Program-made: the position numbers and the translations under genes | In this document: positions 11,051 to 25,279 of the stretch, piece by piece | How positions within the stretch are numbered: the first letter of the stretch is position 1 | Layout: each line of letters begins with the position of its first letter | Notes under the pieces: model-generated | What the model was told of the DNA's origin: nothing | The model's database searches: none | Seen by the model: the letters and a program-made list of their open reading frames with translations, nothing else | Assembly: GCA_051294375.1 (NCBI GenBank) | Contig: JBJCIZ010000744.1 | Coordinates: 2,091,402-2,155,401 of the forward strand | Reading direction: 5' to 3' | Length of the DNA: 64,000 nt | Source: Paraspadella gotoi | Lineage: Eukaryota > Animalia > Chaetognatha

Positions 11051-14000
11051 GAGGGGGAACTACAACAACGACGACAGGATACGCTTCTACCACGTTGTTC
11101 CGATCGACGCCATTTTCCATTTTTTGACGATTGGCTCCTACCCCCCCTTTTTTTATTTCAATGTGTTTTGGCAGCAACAAAGAAAATCAAACTTCGAAAC
11201 TCGGAATGTGTTATCCTACTTCACTGTATTCTAATTTAAATTAAAATATTAAATTTTGTTTTCAATCGAAATGAATTGAATTAATTATTCGTAAATTTGT
11301 AGAAAAATAAATCTATCGCTCCGTATATATATATATAGTCTTTCTTCTTTTGTATAATTTTGTTACTCAAATCAATCGCGATTTAAACAATTAAAATTAA
11401 TAAATGTTAAATGATTAATACAGTGAGTCGATTCATCTTTTTTTTCTCTTTTTCCGCGATATCTGTGTTAATTTAATTTCTTGTCCTGTTTTTTCTGCGT
11501 CGTCGTCAAAGCAAAACTAAAAAAAAAAGAAAAAAAATTAAATTAACTAAATAAAAAAAGTATTTTTTTTTAATCACAGGTCAAATAAAGAAGGAAGAAG
11601 ATAATGTTGAAAAAGAGAGACGATCATGTAAACTAAATATTACTTATTCAAATATATATATACATGGGACTACGTTAATTAAAAGTAGGGGAAGATTTTT
11701 GAAGAAAAATTATTATTTAGTTTTAGTACAACTTGACGTTGTGATCACAAACGATCGGAGATTCAAATAGAAAACTAAATTTAAAGGTTAAATTTGTTTT
11801 TTTAAAAAAAATATTGTTGTACGATTAAACGATTAATTCCCAAGTAAATTAGATGATAGACAAATTCCCAATCTGGTTGCGAATCGTTGTAGAATGTTAT
11901 CATGATACTTATTGTACTAAGTACTATGTATACATATAGTATACGTCTTGGGAAATTTAACTGGAAGAAGATTTTAATTTTTTTTTCCTGAATAAAAAAT
12001 AGCAAATAATATTCCGTTTTTATTTTTCAGTTTTTTTGTTCTTTTTTGTTTCTCGTATATAAGTTTACTACTCTCATAAAAAAAAAGCAGATTTTTTTTT
12101 TATCAATAATTTTAGTTTTTTTTTATCGGATGCTTCTCTAATCCAAACAAACAAACAAACAAAGAGTCCCGGTTGTTTTTTTTTTATATAGTTTTCTTGT
12201 TTCTTATACAAAGGAAACGGCGGTGAAGGTCGAAGCGGGGGCGAGGATTAGTCAAATAAACAACTACTACTGTCTACGATCTGAACCCCCAATTTATATC
12301 CGACTTCACCGCTCATTCCCCTTCCCTCTCTCTGCCCCCCCCCCTTGCTCCAATCTCCACCCCCTCTTTCTCCGAATACAAAAAGAAACAAAAAAAAAAG
12401 AAACAAGCGAAACGAGTCGAATTAAAAAAAAAGAAGAAAAAATATGAAACGGGACTCAGATATTCAGAAAAAAAAAAGCGATATCCTATATTTATTTACC
12501 TGTAATTTCGGCATTAAACCGTTTCGTCTTCTGATATGAAACTGAGGGGGCCAAAAAATGCCTTAAAGACAAACCTTACTTTATCCCTTCAAAAAACAAC
12601 CATATATGTTATAGCCATTTACAAATGTTCTGTTGATACTTAGGAAATAGACTTTCTTGACTGATTTCTCATACGTAATTTTTATCTGAATAATTCTGGA
12701 CTTAATACCCGTATTGTTGGCGCGGTTGCCAAAGTTTTCCGCCTGGATTTATTATTAAAAAAAAATACTAATTATTACAAAAGTTTTGTAATCATATTTA
12801 TAGGGCGCCGTGAATAATGATACACTTTTTTTTTCTTCCTTGGGAGGAATTGGGTTAATATTGAAACGTTTCATTGTATAAAATTGCCTATTTTTTTTCA
12901 CTAAAATTCCGCCAAAGGGTCTTGGAGATTAATTTTTTTTTTCAAATTAATAATCTAAGGAAAAAGAGTACGAATTAAAAACAAAAAAGGTTCCCTTCAC
13001 GTCGCTACCAAAGATTTTAAGCCTTACGCAAAATCCAAACGGCGTGGAATCTTTGGCACAGTTGCTCATTTTTAGCTACCGAGTTTTTAAAAAAAGACTT
13101 TGTTCCAAGACCTTTGTGTCGATCACTTTTAAAACATTTTTTTTTAAATGGTTCCATTTCTCGATTTCAAGAAATCGAGAAAAAAAAATCCAATTTTTTT
13201 TTTATATTCTTTATGATTTTTTTTTTAATATAAAAGAGGATGTTCCATCCTGACGAACTCATAGATCTTCCATTTGTTAAATTTTTTGTCCTAACTGTTT
13301 ATGTAGAGAATTAGTTGAATAATTGTCGATCTAGGTTTTCTATTCCAATCGTTTTGAAATATAATTCAGAAATCTCTCTAAATCAGACGTATAATAATAG
13401 TAATAATAATGATGATGATAATAATAATAACAGTAGATAAAAGAATAACATTCGAGTGTAAAACAAATCGTTATTTCCGTTGAGGTTCTCCAAAGTCAAA
13501 CAGTTTCGTAGATCATTTTTTATAGTACATAGTTGAACTTATATGATCAACACGATCGTTAAAACTAAATTAATGATATTTTTTTTTTAACAAAATTCTA
13601 AAAAAAAATATATTTTTGAGATGATTGACTGGGATAATCCTCAACAAATAGCATGCAAAAAAAAATATGTGAACTTTACTCAGTTTGTATAATAAATCAA
13701 ACACAATGAGACTTTTTTTTATATATCTTTAATCATTAAGGTTCAATTGTGACGAAACACTTAGGAATGGTTTTTTTTTTTCAATCTGACAAAATGAGTC
13801 TAGATTGATTTTATTTCTTATCTTTTAATTACTTTTTTCTGACGTTGTTCTTCTATTGAAAAAATACAGTCATGATAAGTATACTGACAAATTTGTTTTG
13901 ATATTTTTAACCGATGTGGAATTCTAAAAGTGTTAGCAAATCTTACCTGTATGACGACCTCTGGTGGTCGGAGAACCGTAGTCCACAATGTATGCATTAT

Positions 14001-14164
14001 TCCATTAAGTCAGACTTATTAAAAAAAAGAATAATTCCAATAAGAAGAAAAAAAATTAGCAGTTTAAAAGTTAGAATTCCTCATATTAGTTAGTTTCAAA
14101 GATCATTTTCACTTATGATTTTACTTATTCTGGAGACCGAAAAAAAAGTAATAGTTATAAATAG

Positions 14165-14912
14165 TCAATGTTTGAATAGGGAAAAGGGAATTGTAACACA
14201 CAATATCAAATTACTTACCAACGGCAACGTAACGAAAATCTTCAGCCTGATTCTATCAGATGACTTTTGTTTATACTTCGTCCGAAGTTTTTCGTATTAT
14301 TCACCAGATGGAAAAACCTTACAGTATGCAATTTCACCAAATTAAAAATAAAAATAAGGACAACTTTATAAGACAATAGCAGCAAAGAATTGCAAATAAT
14401 TGTTAATAAAAGTAAAATAGCGTAATGATATTTTATTAGCTTCAATGACAACCAAATGTGAATATACTTTAAACTAAAACTCATTGTCTCGAGTCGCCGA
14501 TTGGCTGGGATCTATAAAATCGTCTCGTTGATTGGTTAGGCAACGATNNNNNNNNNNTCAATGTTTGAATAGGGAAAAGGGAATTGTAACACACAATATC
14601 AAATTACTTACCAACGGCAACGTAACGAAAATCTTCAGCCTGATTCTATCAGATGACTTTTGTTTATACTTCGTCCGAAGTTTTTCGTATTATTCACCAG
14701 ATGGAAAAACCTTACAGTATGCAATTTCACCAAATTAAAAATAAAAATAAGGACAACTTTATAAGACAATAGCAGCAAAGAATTGCAAATAATTGTTAAT
14801 AAAAGTAAAATAGCGTAATGATATTTTATTAGCTTCAATGACAACCAAATGTGAATATACTTTAAACTAAAACTCATTGTCTCGAGTCGCCGATTGGCTG
14901 GGATCTATAAAA
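14165..14912. repeat. exact 355-bp direct duplication (14165-14519 and 14558-14912) around a 10-N gap; probably an unmerged contig overlap
   Basis: Identical sequence tcaatgtttgaatagg...tctataaaa on both sides of the gap at 14548-14557. Confidence 0.9.
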
Positions 14913-15066
14913 ACCGGGCGGCAGCGGGGAAAAAAAACGCGCTGTGGCAATTTATTGGCTGCCGCGGCGCTAAATGAGCAAAGAGGCTTATTTTGGTTTG
15001 AGAAGGACCTTCTGACCCTTAACTCCATTAATCACCCGGGGGCGGAGAGAGAGAGAGAGAGGACGA

Positions 15067-15097
<31 letters not shown>

Positions 15098-15320
15098 GAG
15101 AGAGCAGGAGAGAGAGAGAGAGCAGAGAGACAGCCGTGCTCTCTTCACTCTTCACCCCACGGTAATCACCCCTTACGAAACACCTCTCCCATCGTTTATA
15201 TTTTTAAAAGGAGAGAGAGAGACAGAGAGAGGGAGCCAGTGGGAAAGAAGATAGACCCCTTCTCTCTTCGTCTTTTCTTTCTCTCTCAGAGAAACTCATG
15301 ATCACGGAGAGAGAGAGAGG

Positions 15321-15355
<35 letters not shown>

Positions 15356-15715
15356 GAGGAGAACGAGGAGGAGAGAGAAGAGAGAGAGAGAGAAAAGAAT
15401 TGATAACAAGTTTGAGCTACGATCATTATCGGTAAATTTAATTATAATTAATGTAATTTAATAATTTCAAGTTAAATTTAATTAATTTAATTAGGCAATA
15501 AATTAATAAGTTTTGATTCTAATGTTTGTTTTTTGGTCTTTTAGTCACTAACCCACGACAAAAAACCAATGGACCAATGAGAATTAATTGATTGATTAAT
15601 TAATTATTGAATTAATTAATTGTTAAATTAACTGAGTAATACATCTTGCATTTACATTTAATAATAAAAGGGAAAAGAAGCAAAATCAATTAGTTGAAAC
15701 AGGTTTTTTTTTTTT

Positions 15716-16018
15716 CATTTAAAACTCATTTCCATTTCAAAAACGATTCCACGAAATTTGATTTCAGCTTAATTCACACACTTTTCCTACCCCACATACA
15801 AATTCCAGGTCAATCAGCATCAGCCCATCCACTCATGAGCCAATTGGTGTTCAAATAGTTGTTAATTATTTCTATTTTTTTTGTTTTTTCCATTTAAACT
15901 CATTTCACTCAACACGATTCCATCGAAACTTCATATCCAGCTCAATTCGCACACTTCCCTACCCACACACAAAAATTTCATTCCAATCCATCAATTCCAA
16001 TCACGAGTAATTGGTGTT
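15716..16018. repeat. degenerate direct repeat pair, ~130 bp each (15716-15851 and 15891-16018)
   Basis: Shared catttaaactcatttc...acgattcca...cagct...cacactt..cctacccac...aattggtgtt. Confidence 0.65.
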
Positions 16019-16624
16019 TTTTGCTAAGGTTGGGACGGACGGACGGACGGCCTTACGGGAAGCAAGAAAAAAACAGACCACACGCAGACGACAAGGATAT
16101 AGAACAGGACAGACGCACGGACATTAATTTTTTTTTGCAATTAATTTATCATAATTCGATCGTTAATGAATTGATCAATAAGTGAGTGCCCGGAAATTAT
16201 TGATGGAGGCGGACTACCAACGGACGACAAAAGTGCGAACAGAAAACAAATATTTAGTTAGAGTCAAGAGAATATTGCTGATAAGCAGATACCGACTTAA
16301 AAAACAAAAGAACTTTTTAAAAATAATTATTTCGGATTCTTCTTAAAAAGATCCTTCAAAGATTTCGGATTAGCCTGACTTATTAATATTGATTTGTTGC
16401 ACTCTATGCCCAACATTTCGCGATACTTAAGCCGGCCAGCGGATGAATCTTTTTGTGTCTTTTTTGAAACAGGCAAAAAAAAAAAGACACCAGGATCCAA
16501 TCCTCGAGCGGCGTAGCGACATCTTACAGCTTGCCATATAAAGATTTTTTTTATTTAAAAAATAGAAGTATTAGTCTCTCTCTCTCTTCATCCTCTCTCT
16601 CTCTCTCCTGCCCTTTCTATCGAG

Positions 16625-16678
<54 letters not shown>

Positions 16679-18015
16679 TGGCCTCCCGTAACAAGTGACA
16701 ACGTAAAACCGCATGACAAACATTTTATTTTAATCAAAAAAAAATAAAAGAAAAATCAGCCTCTAGAAAAATCGAAAGGCTAGAGGCGAGATTTTTTTTT
16801 TTTTTAAGGAATTGTCAAAATTATTTTTTTCCTAACTTCCAAAAAATCCATTATTGCTTCCTTTCAATCCAATGTTTTCAAAAGTATTTTTCTTTTTTTC
16901 CAAAATCATTCAATCAATTTTTATTTATTAATTAAAATGTTATAATGTTGTGCTTTTGAAGGTTAGATTGATATAGAAAACACATGAGAAAAGGTGAAAG
17001 GATTATCAAAAAATATATTAGAAGGAAAAAAGAGAATTAAACATAACTTTCAGAAGAAAAGATAAACCAAGGGATGGAATAATAAACGAGTGTGATAGTG
17101 TAAAAATAATTTTATATTTATACAAGAAGTGATTGACAACTTTTACCGGTGATAGGAATTACCTATGGTCCGAGCTAATCCAAAGACTAACCTGTAATAC
17201 TCGGTTTTTGGTACACGCACGCTCGCAGAGCTGAATTCCTCCGAGCCGAGGCACTATGGGAGTAATGAACTTCCGGCAATAAGGTTTGGCCTCGTGTTGT
17301 TAAGTAGCTTCCCTCGCGTGAAAGGCATGAGACCACTCTCTGGAATCCGATGTCAAAAAAGGGATTTCGCCGTGATAAAAATAAAATCCATCGCGTCGGT
17401 CCAGGACCCTCCTCAGTGGGAGATAAATGACGGCGGCCCCTCCTCTTTTATAAATTTTTTTGGGTATCCCATGAGCTTATTCCGGTCCCCTGCCCCTTCG
17501 ATCGGGACCCTCGGCGATTTGTGGAGAGTGATTCTACTGACAGACACCCTCTACACGTGTATACAAGCCCACACGACTTTCTCACCTCCTTCACTTTTCC
17601 TAAACACATATTTTGGCACACACCTGCAAGTGAAAGCATTCGCTTTGTTGCCATTGGCCGTCGAGGGCGGAGACGTAATTTGGCTCCGCTGATTGAGTCA
17701 ATATTATGCAAGACACTAAAATAGAAATCGGGGGGGCACGAAGAGTTCGAGAAGTCATCTCTGACCACTAAACACTTTTCTTCGTTCTTCTCGTGAAATT
17801 CTTGGTCGCCGAAATTGCAATCCCGCAATTGGCGCAGAAGAAATGACTCTCGGGTTGCCAGGTACTTTGATCCTAGGGCGACATGCACTTTACCCCTGGG
17901 GGAAAATGTTTAAATTGTTATATTCGCGAAGCGCAGAAAATGACCTTACCTTGCGAGAACATACCAAATCGATCGGACTCGTGAAGACGANNNNNNNNNN
18001 NNNNNNNNNNNNNNN

Positions 18016-20377
18016 CCGCCGCCGCCGCCGCTGACATCGCCGCCGCTGCAACGACAGATGGGGTACAGGGAGAGAAAAAAGAGAAAAAGAGAAGAAAAAA
18101 GAAATTATCTACTAGACTTAGTCAATCCGAATTTCGTAAATGTTAATCTTTAATCGTCACACCCCGAGCTACTTTTTCTTCTGTCTGGATGACTACGCAC
18201 GATACATTGCGCCAGTTTTAATTAGTTATAATTATAATTATAATTACATATCGCATGAGATTAGTTTATTACAAAAACCGAAATTCAAAAAAAAAGTTCG
18301 TAATCTTTGGAAAAGGAATAATTTGCATTTTAATCTAATACGTATCAAATATTTTTTTTTAATTTTCTTTGGAAGTAAAAAGTTGTTTTATTTTATTTTT
18401 TCTCCTCTGTTTTCGAATTTCTATCGTCGGAAAACTTACGTCGGATCGATTTACTGTCTAAACCTCGAATCTCTTTTTTTTATTATACTTAATTCTATTT
18501 TAAAATCTGCATAGTAGCCTAATTAATTAATTAATTAATTAATTAATTAATTAACTAATTAATATCTGTATCAAAGTACATTTACGCTTCGCTCATGGGA
18601 AAGGCAAGGTTCTCCGGGATGAATGAATGAACGANNNNNNNNNNNNNNNNNNNNNNNNNNNNNNNNNNNNNNNNNNNNNNNNNNNNNNNNNNNNNNNNNN
18701 NNNNNNNNNNNNNNNNNNNNNNNNNNNNNNNNNNNNNNNNNNNNNNNNNNNNNNNNNNNNNNNNNNNNNNNNNNNNNNNNNNNNNNNNNNNNNNNNNNNN
18801 NNNNNNNNNNNNNNNNNNNNNNNNNNNNNNNNNNNNNNNNNNNNNNNNNNNNNNNNNNNNNAAGTGTTGTCTTCTTGAAGAAGAGGGAGCATCTATGCAA
18901 CGCAAGGTTGTAATGCTTTCCGCCTCAGTTTTATAAGAGACATACAATTCATTCATTCATACTGTTAAAAAGTTATTGTACTAGTCTCAATCATAAAGCC
19001 AATGGATTTCCAATGGAATTGGCCGCACCTAAAATGTCCTGATTATCTTGCTTACCCTCGTCTCTGTCTCTCTCATTGCTACGTATCTAAAATTGCTTAC
19101 CCTCGTCTCTGTCTCTGCCTCATTGCTGTGAATCTAAATCATCGTCTTAATCTCCGCACACTTTGCCCCCCCCCNNNNNNNNNNNNNNNNNNNNNNNNNN
19201 NNNNNNNNNNNNNNNNNNNNNNNNNNNNNNNNNNNNNNNNNNNNNNNNNNNNNNNNNNNNNNNNNNNNNNNNNNNNNNNNNNNNNNNNNNNNNNNNNNNN
19301 NNNNNNNNNNNNNNNNNNNNNNNNNNNNNNNNNNNNNNNNNNNNNNNNNNNNNNNNNNNNNNNNNNNNNNNNNNNNNNNNNNNNNNNNNNNNNNNNNNNN
19401 NNNNNNNNNNNNNNNNNNNNNNNNNNNNNNNNNNNNNNNNNNNNNNNNNNNNNNNNNNNNNNNNNNNNNNNNNNNNNNNNNNNNNNNNNNNNNNNNNNNN
19501 NNNNNNNNNNNNNNNNNNNNNNNNNNNNNNNNNNNNNNNNNNNNNNNNNNNNNNNNNNNNNNNNNNNNNNNNNNNNNNNNNNNNNNNNNNNNNNNNNNNN
19601 NNNNNNNNNNNNNNNNNNNNNNNNNNNNNNNNNNNNNNNNNNNNNNNNNNNNNNNNNNNNNNNNNNNNNNNNNNNNNNNNNNNNNNNNNNNNNNNNNNNN
19701 NNNNNNNNNNNNNNNNNNNNNNNNNNNNNNNNNNNNNNNNNNNNNNNNNNNNNNNNNNNNNNNNNNNNNNNNNNNNNNNNNNNNNNNNNNNNNNNNNNNN
19801 NNNNNNNNNNNNNNNNNNNNNNNNNNNNNNNNNNNNNNNNNNNNNNNNNNNNNGAGAAAAGTGAAAAAAAAAATTGTGAAAGTTGGAAAAATCTTAATCT
19901 CTTCTTCGCTACGATTTACTCCCGAGGGGGACGAACGGGCAGACTTTAGCTCTCCCGACTTATTTATCACTTTCCTATCCTACCTTTTATATCATCTCTA
20001 TCTCTACCTACCCTTTCCCTTATCCATCCTGATTTTACTTCTTCGTCTCATCTTTCTCTTTCTAACTTCTCCCGAGCTTCCATCTCTAATTGGATAGAGA
20101 TTCTCTATCCAATATGGTTTGAGGATGAATTTTAACACTCTCCCAGCCAACCTTTTAATCTCAATTAATTAATTAATTAAAACTCTCCCAGCCAACCTTT
20201 TAATCTTAATTAAATTTTTAATCCAGAAACATAATTTCCAACAGCTACGAACAAACCAAATCTTATTTCCTCATGCCGTTCTCTAGCAATACACTTCACA
20301 ACGAAAAAAAATTATAAAGCCTGCCACGATAATCGTAACTATGTATAAACTACCCGCCCGACCCGCAGCGCCCTCTT
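18016..20377. repeat. left arm of a ~2.4-kb inverted repeat (contains gaps)
   Basis: Reverse complement of 21422-23836, e.g. ctactagacttagtcaat (18110) versus attgactaagtctagtag (23718). Confidence 0.9.
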
Positions 20378-21254
20378 CCTGTAAGGGCAAACTCGGTCAA
20401 TGGGCTGGGTCAGAAGCTTTGATTGGAACATTTCCAAATGAAACTTCATAGCATTCTGATGAAAACTTTCAATGGAGCAAAATTTTTCTAAATGGCAAGA
20501 AGCATTAGTAATTAATTTTAATTTTATTTACTAGATATCGGGATATGTCAAAAATTTTTTTTTGAATTTTTATTTTAAAAGCAGATTTAAAATTAGCTTA
20601 TAAAAAAGTTATCTTACACAAAGAGTATAATTCTTTTCAATATTTTGATGATATATGGGTTTAAATTGCCGGAAAAACTTTAAAAAACATTATCATCATC
20701 ATCATCCGATGATTTTTAGCACGTTTTACTAATTTTTTAGTAATAGAAACATCAAAATTGGTTAAAAATTGAGATTAATTTTTTTGCTTAACTTTTAACG
20801 CTCTATCAGACATTAATAAAAAACTTAAAATATCCACAAAAAAATGCTGACATTATGATAGCAATTATAATAATATTAATTAGCGAATTACTCATGGTTC
20901 GCGAAACATTTTCAAAAAAATTATTTTAACACAATTAATTGAATACCAAATAATGGATTAGTTATTATGCTGTTCCATTAAAATTTGAATTGGCGTCGCT
21001 ACCGTAGCTATAGGAAAGAGCGCTTAGATTTTATGCTGTGATTTTTTGTAAATTTTTTCGGGGGGAACTGAGTGGGGCGGGGACGTATGGCGGCGAGCCA
21101 CTGAGCGGCTCGCGCGGGTGGCGTCGAAACACTGATGCAGCGAGAAGAGAAAGGAAGGAAGGTTAAAAGCGTGAGCCCCGTTTTAACGGGGGTAATGGTT
21201 CGTAGATATTTCGGAGCGATCGGATGGGAAAGGAAGCAGCAAAAGATGCGCTGG

Positions 21255-21447
21255 CGCGCCGGGCGGGTAGGGGAGGGGAATTTAAAAAAGGGCGCTGATC
21301 GGGGTCGGCGGGTAGGAGGCGAAAATTTAAAAAGAGGGCATGGAGGTGTGGGCCGGGAGGGTAGAGGGGGGAATTTAAAAGAGGGCGCTGCGCGGTCGTG
21401 CGGTAGGGGAGGGGAATTTAAAGAGGGCCGCGCGGGGTCGGGCGGTA
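21255..21447 (+). repeat. G-rich minisatellite, ~45-bp unit, 4-5 degenerate copies
   Basis: Unit approximately gggcgggtaggggaggggaatttaaaagagggcgctgcgggtc. Confidence 0.8.
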
Positions 21448-23836
21448 GTCGTGTTTATACATAGTTACGATTATACGTGGCAGGCTTTATCAATTTTTTT
21501 CGTTGTGAAGTGTATTGCTAGAGAACGGCATGAGGAAATAAGATTTGGTTTTTTACGTATGCTGTTGGATAATTAGATTAATATGTTTCGGTGAATTAAA
21601 AATTTAATTAAGATTAAACGTTTAATTAATTAATTAATTGAGATTAAAAGGTTGGCCTGGCGAGAGTGTTAAAAATTCATCCTCAAACCATTATTGGATA
21701 CAGAGAATTCTATCCAATAGAGATGGAAGCTCCGGAGAGAGTCTAGAAAGAGGAAAGATGAGACGAAGACAGTAAAATCAGGATGCATAAGGAAGTGTAG
21801 GTAGAGATAGATATGATCGATATAAAAGTAGCGATAGGAAAGTGATAAATAAGTCACGGGAAGACATAAGTCTGCCCGTTACGTCCACCCTCGGGTAGTA
21901 AATCTCTACCGAAGAAGACATTGAGAGATTCTTTCCAACTTTCACAATTTTTTTTTCACTTTTCTCACTTTCCATCTTTTTTCCCCTTTCCTCCCCTTTT
22001 TTTCGTTCCTCCCGATTCTCCTCATTAACCTTTTCCGCGGGATCGAGAGGAGAGAGAGCACGCGAGGGAGAGAGAGAAGGAGAGAGAGAGACGAGACGAG
22101 AGAGGAGAGAGGATGAGAGAGAGAAGAGAGCAGCACCGGCAGCAGCGCCAGCGCGTCGGCGTGAACACAGACCGGCAAAGAAGAAAACGCACAGCGTCGC
22201 CGGCATGCGGCAGCAGCGACGCCATCACCAGCACGCGCCAGTAGCACGTCGGAGCGATGTGGTTGCTTCCTTCTGTTCCTTTCTATCTCTCTCTCTCCAT
22301 CTGCCTTTCCTTTTGTCCACTCGCTCGTCATCTCCCTTCCTCCTCGTCTCTCTCTCTTTCATCTTTTTTTCTAGGCTTCACTCTCTCTTCTCTCTCTCTC
22401 TCTCTCTCTCTTCTCCTCTCGTCTCTCTTCTCTCTCTTCTCTCTCATCCCTTCCAGGCGCAAGCATGCCGTTTACTCCTACCTCCTCTTTTTCCTCCTCC
22501 TCCTTCACTCCTCCTCCTTCCATTTCCACTCCATTTCTCAACAACCCTCTCTCCTTCTGCACTTCAATGAATCCTGGCATAGTAGACACAAATGACGGAC
22601 GAAGACGGACAAGACGACGACGAAGACAAGACGACGACGAAAGACGGACGACTAAGCACGTTATATACTCGAAACGATTACAAACCACGTTGATGTGCCA
22701 AAAAGAAATTGGTCTGGGGGGCAAAGTTGCGGAGATAAGACGAATATTAAGATTCATAGCAATGAGCAGAGACAGAGACGAGGCGTAGGAGCAATTTCTA
22801 GATACGTAGCAGATAGAGAGACAAGAGAGGCGTAAGCAAAGATTAATCGAGGACATTTGTAGGTTCTCGCGCGCCAATTCCATTGCGAAATCCTATTGGC
22901 TTATTGATTGAGACTTAGTACAATAACTTTTAACTTATGGCTATGAAATGAGATGAATTGTATGTCTCCTACTATACAAACTGTAGGCGGAACAGCATTA
23001 CAACCTTGCGTTGCATAGATGCTCCTCTTCTTCAAGAAGACAGACCACTATATTAAAAAATAGAAGACATAAAAATAAAAATTAAATAGGAAAATCAGAA
23101 AAAAAAAACAAAACAATAACGACGTAAAAACCTTTAAAATATTAATTATATAAATTATAATATATCTAAAAAGATATCGGAAATTTTTTGAATTTTTATA
23201 AAAATCTTTCAATTTCATCATCCCGAGAAACTTGCCTTTCCCCATATAGCGAAGCGCTAAATGTATTCGTACGATAAATTAGTATTTTATACAGATTATT
23301 AATTAGGCTTACTATGCAGATTTTTAAAAGAGAATTAAGTATGATAAAAAAAAAGAGATTCGAGGTTTAGACAGTAAATCCGACCGATGTTAACGTTCCG
23401 ACGATAGAAATTCGGCAAAACAAGAGGAGAAAAAATAAAATAAAACACGTGTTTAACTCCTCCAAAGAAAATTAAAAAAAAAATATTATACGTATATTAT
23501 AGATATAAATATGCCTATTCAGAGTTTACGAACTTTTTTTGATTTCGTTTTTGTAATATAAAGTAATCTCATGCGATATGTAATTTATAATGGTATGAAT
23601 TATAAACTAATTAAACACTCGGAGCAATGTATCGTTGCGTAGTTTCATCCCAGACAGAAGAAAAAGTTACGCTCGGGGTTGTGACGTTTAAAGATCTAAC
23701 ATTTACGCAAATTCGCCATTGACTAAGTCTAGTAGATAAATTTTATGTTTTATCTTCTCTTTTCTCTTTTTTCTTCTCCCTGACCCCTATCTGTCGTTGC
23801 AGCGGCCGGCTGCATGTCAGCGGCGGCGGCGGCGGC
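21422..23836. repeat. right arm of the inverted repeat (insertion-rich, read-like sequence)
   Basis: Colinear reverse-complement match to 18016-20377 with many 1-bp insertions. Confidence 0.9.
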
Positions 23837-25247
23837 AGCGGCAGCTGCGCTGTGCCAATATTTGCTGCCCCGCGCGCTAAATGAGCCAAGACGGTTATTT
23901 TGCGTTGCAGAACGATCTCTCTACTTTTTTTNNNNNNNNNNNNNNNNNNNNNNNNNTATACATATCTAATAGGATTACTACTGTTATTAAGTAGCTCCTT
24001 TGGCTACTATCACGAGTGTAAACAATGTTTAACCAACGCCAAAAAAAAACCCTTTATTTTTTCAAGACTTCGTTTTTACTTGAGACTCAGTCTTTCATTT
24101 TTCAAAACCGGATTGATTTTCCGAATGTCACTTTGATTATGAAACGTATGCGAAGCAATTTAGTTTTACAACAATCAAGCAGCATTAACTTTCTCTTCGC
24201 CTTTTCAAATAAGTTCACCCCGCCTATAAGCATGACACCATTGTGTAAAATCATCAGCTTATGACCACTAGCTACCGGGTTCAGTCCCGACCTGCGGGTA
24301 GAATTAAGTTGGGTGAGCAATTTCAGTTAGGGATTAGCGTTGGAGATTGGTTTAATATTTTGGTAACAGATTAAAAATGAATATTAAGGTTTGTTGTAAG
24401 GACATCGCATGCTCAGTGAGCATTGCATTGCAATTCACAGGTTAATTCAATATTTAAGTAGTAATACCCACAGAGACTCTCTACCTGAATATTAAGGTTA
24501 AAATTAAGTTCAAGGATTATTAAGAAACGGAAATTGGGAGCTACTGGAAAAGAGAGCCGAAAATAAAATTGGATGCTTTTGGAAAAGAGAGCAGCGAAAA
24601 TTGAGAGAAATCGCGAAGGAGAAGTCGATCGTTTTCGAATTCGACGGAAATAGCGCAGGAGGGGGGAAGGGGGGGGGGTGGTAGAGAAGAGAGAGTGAAA
24701 ATCATGGGGTGTTGAAGGGATATTGGGCCCAGGAGTGTGCAATGGCTTAATCCCCCAGTTTTCTCTTTTCCTTATTTTTCCTTTTCCTTTCCCTTTCTTG
24801 TTTTCCTTTTTCTCTTTTTCTTTTTCCTTTTTCCAATTTTCTCTTTTCCTTTTTCCTTTTTACTTTTTCCTTCTCTTTCCTTTTTTCCTTTTTCCATTAT
24901 TCACTTTTTCTTTTTCCTTTTTCCTTTTTTCCCTTTTCCTTTTTTTCCCCTTTTCCCCTTTTCCATTCGGCGAGAGACTTACCCTCCCTTTCCAATTTTT
25001 CGAGTCAACCGGTGTTGAAGCGACGGTTTGCCTTTGCCACGTTGCTGCAGCTTCCTTGCAACAGCCTTTTTGCTGCGGATTGCTTGCGGCAGCCTTGTTG
25101 CTGTTTTTTTNNNNNNNNNNNNNNNNNNNNNNNNNTCTTGCGGAGTTATCCTTGCGGCCTCACGCCTTTGTGTTTGCTGTTTTTTTTTTCTTAGTGTCGC
25201 ACATGTTAGACGGTGGCCGTTTTTTTTAAAAGAAAAAGGCCGGCTCC

Positions 25248-25279
<32 letters not shown>

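Noticed and set aside
13952-13970. CTCF-like motif (ccaccagaggtcg on the minus strand)
   Set aside because: A single imperfect match that cannot be distinguished from chance without ChIP data.
24275-24292. tRNA B-box-like gggttcagtcccga
   Set aside because: No A-box at the proper distance and no cloverleaf; at most a SINE remnant.
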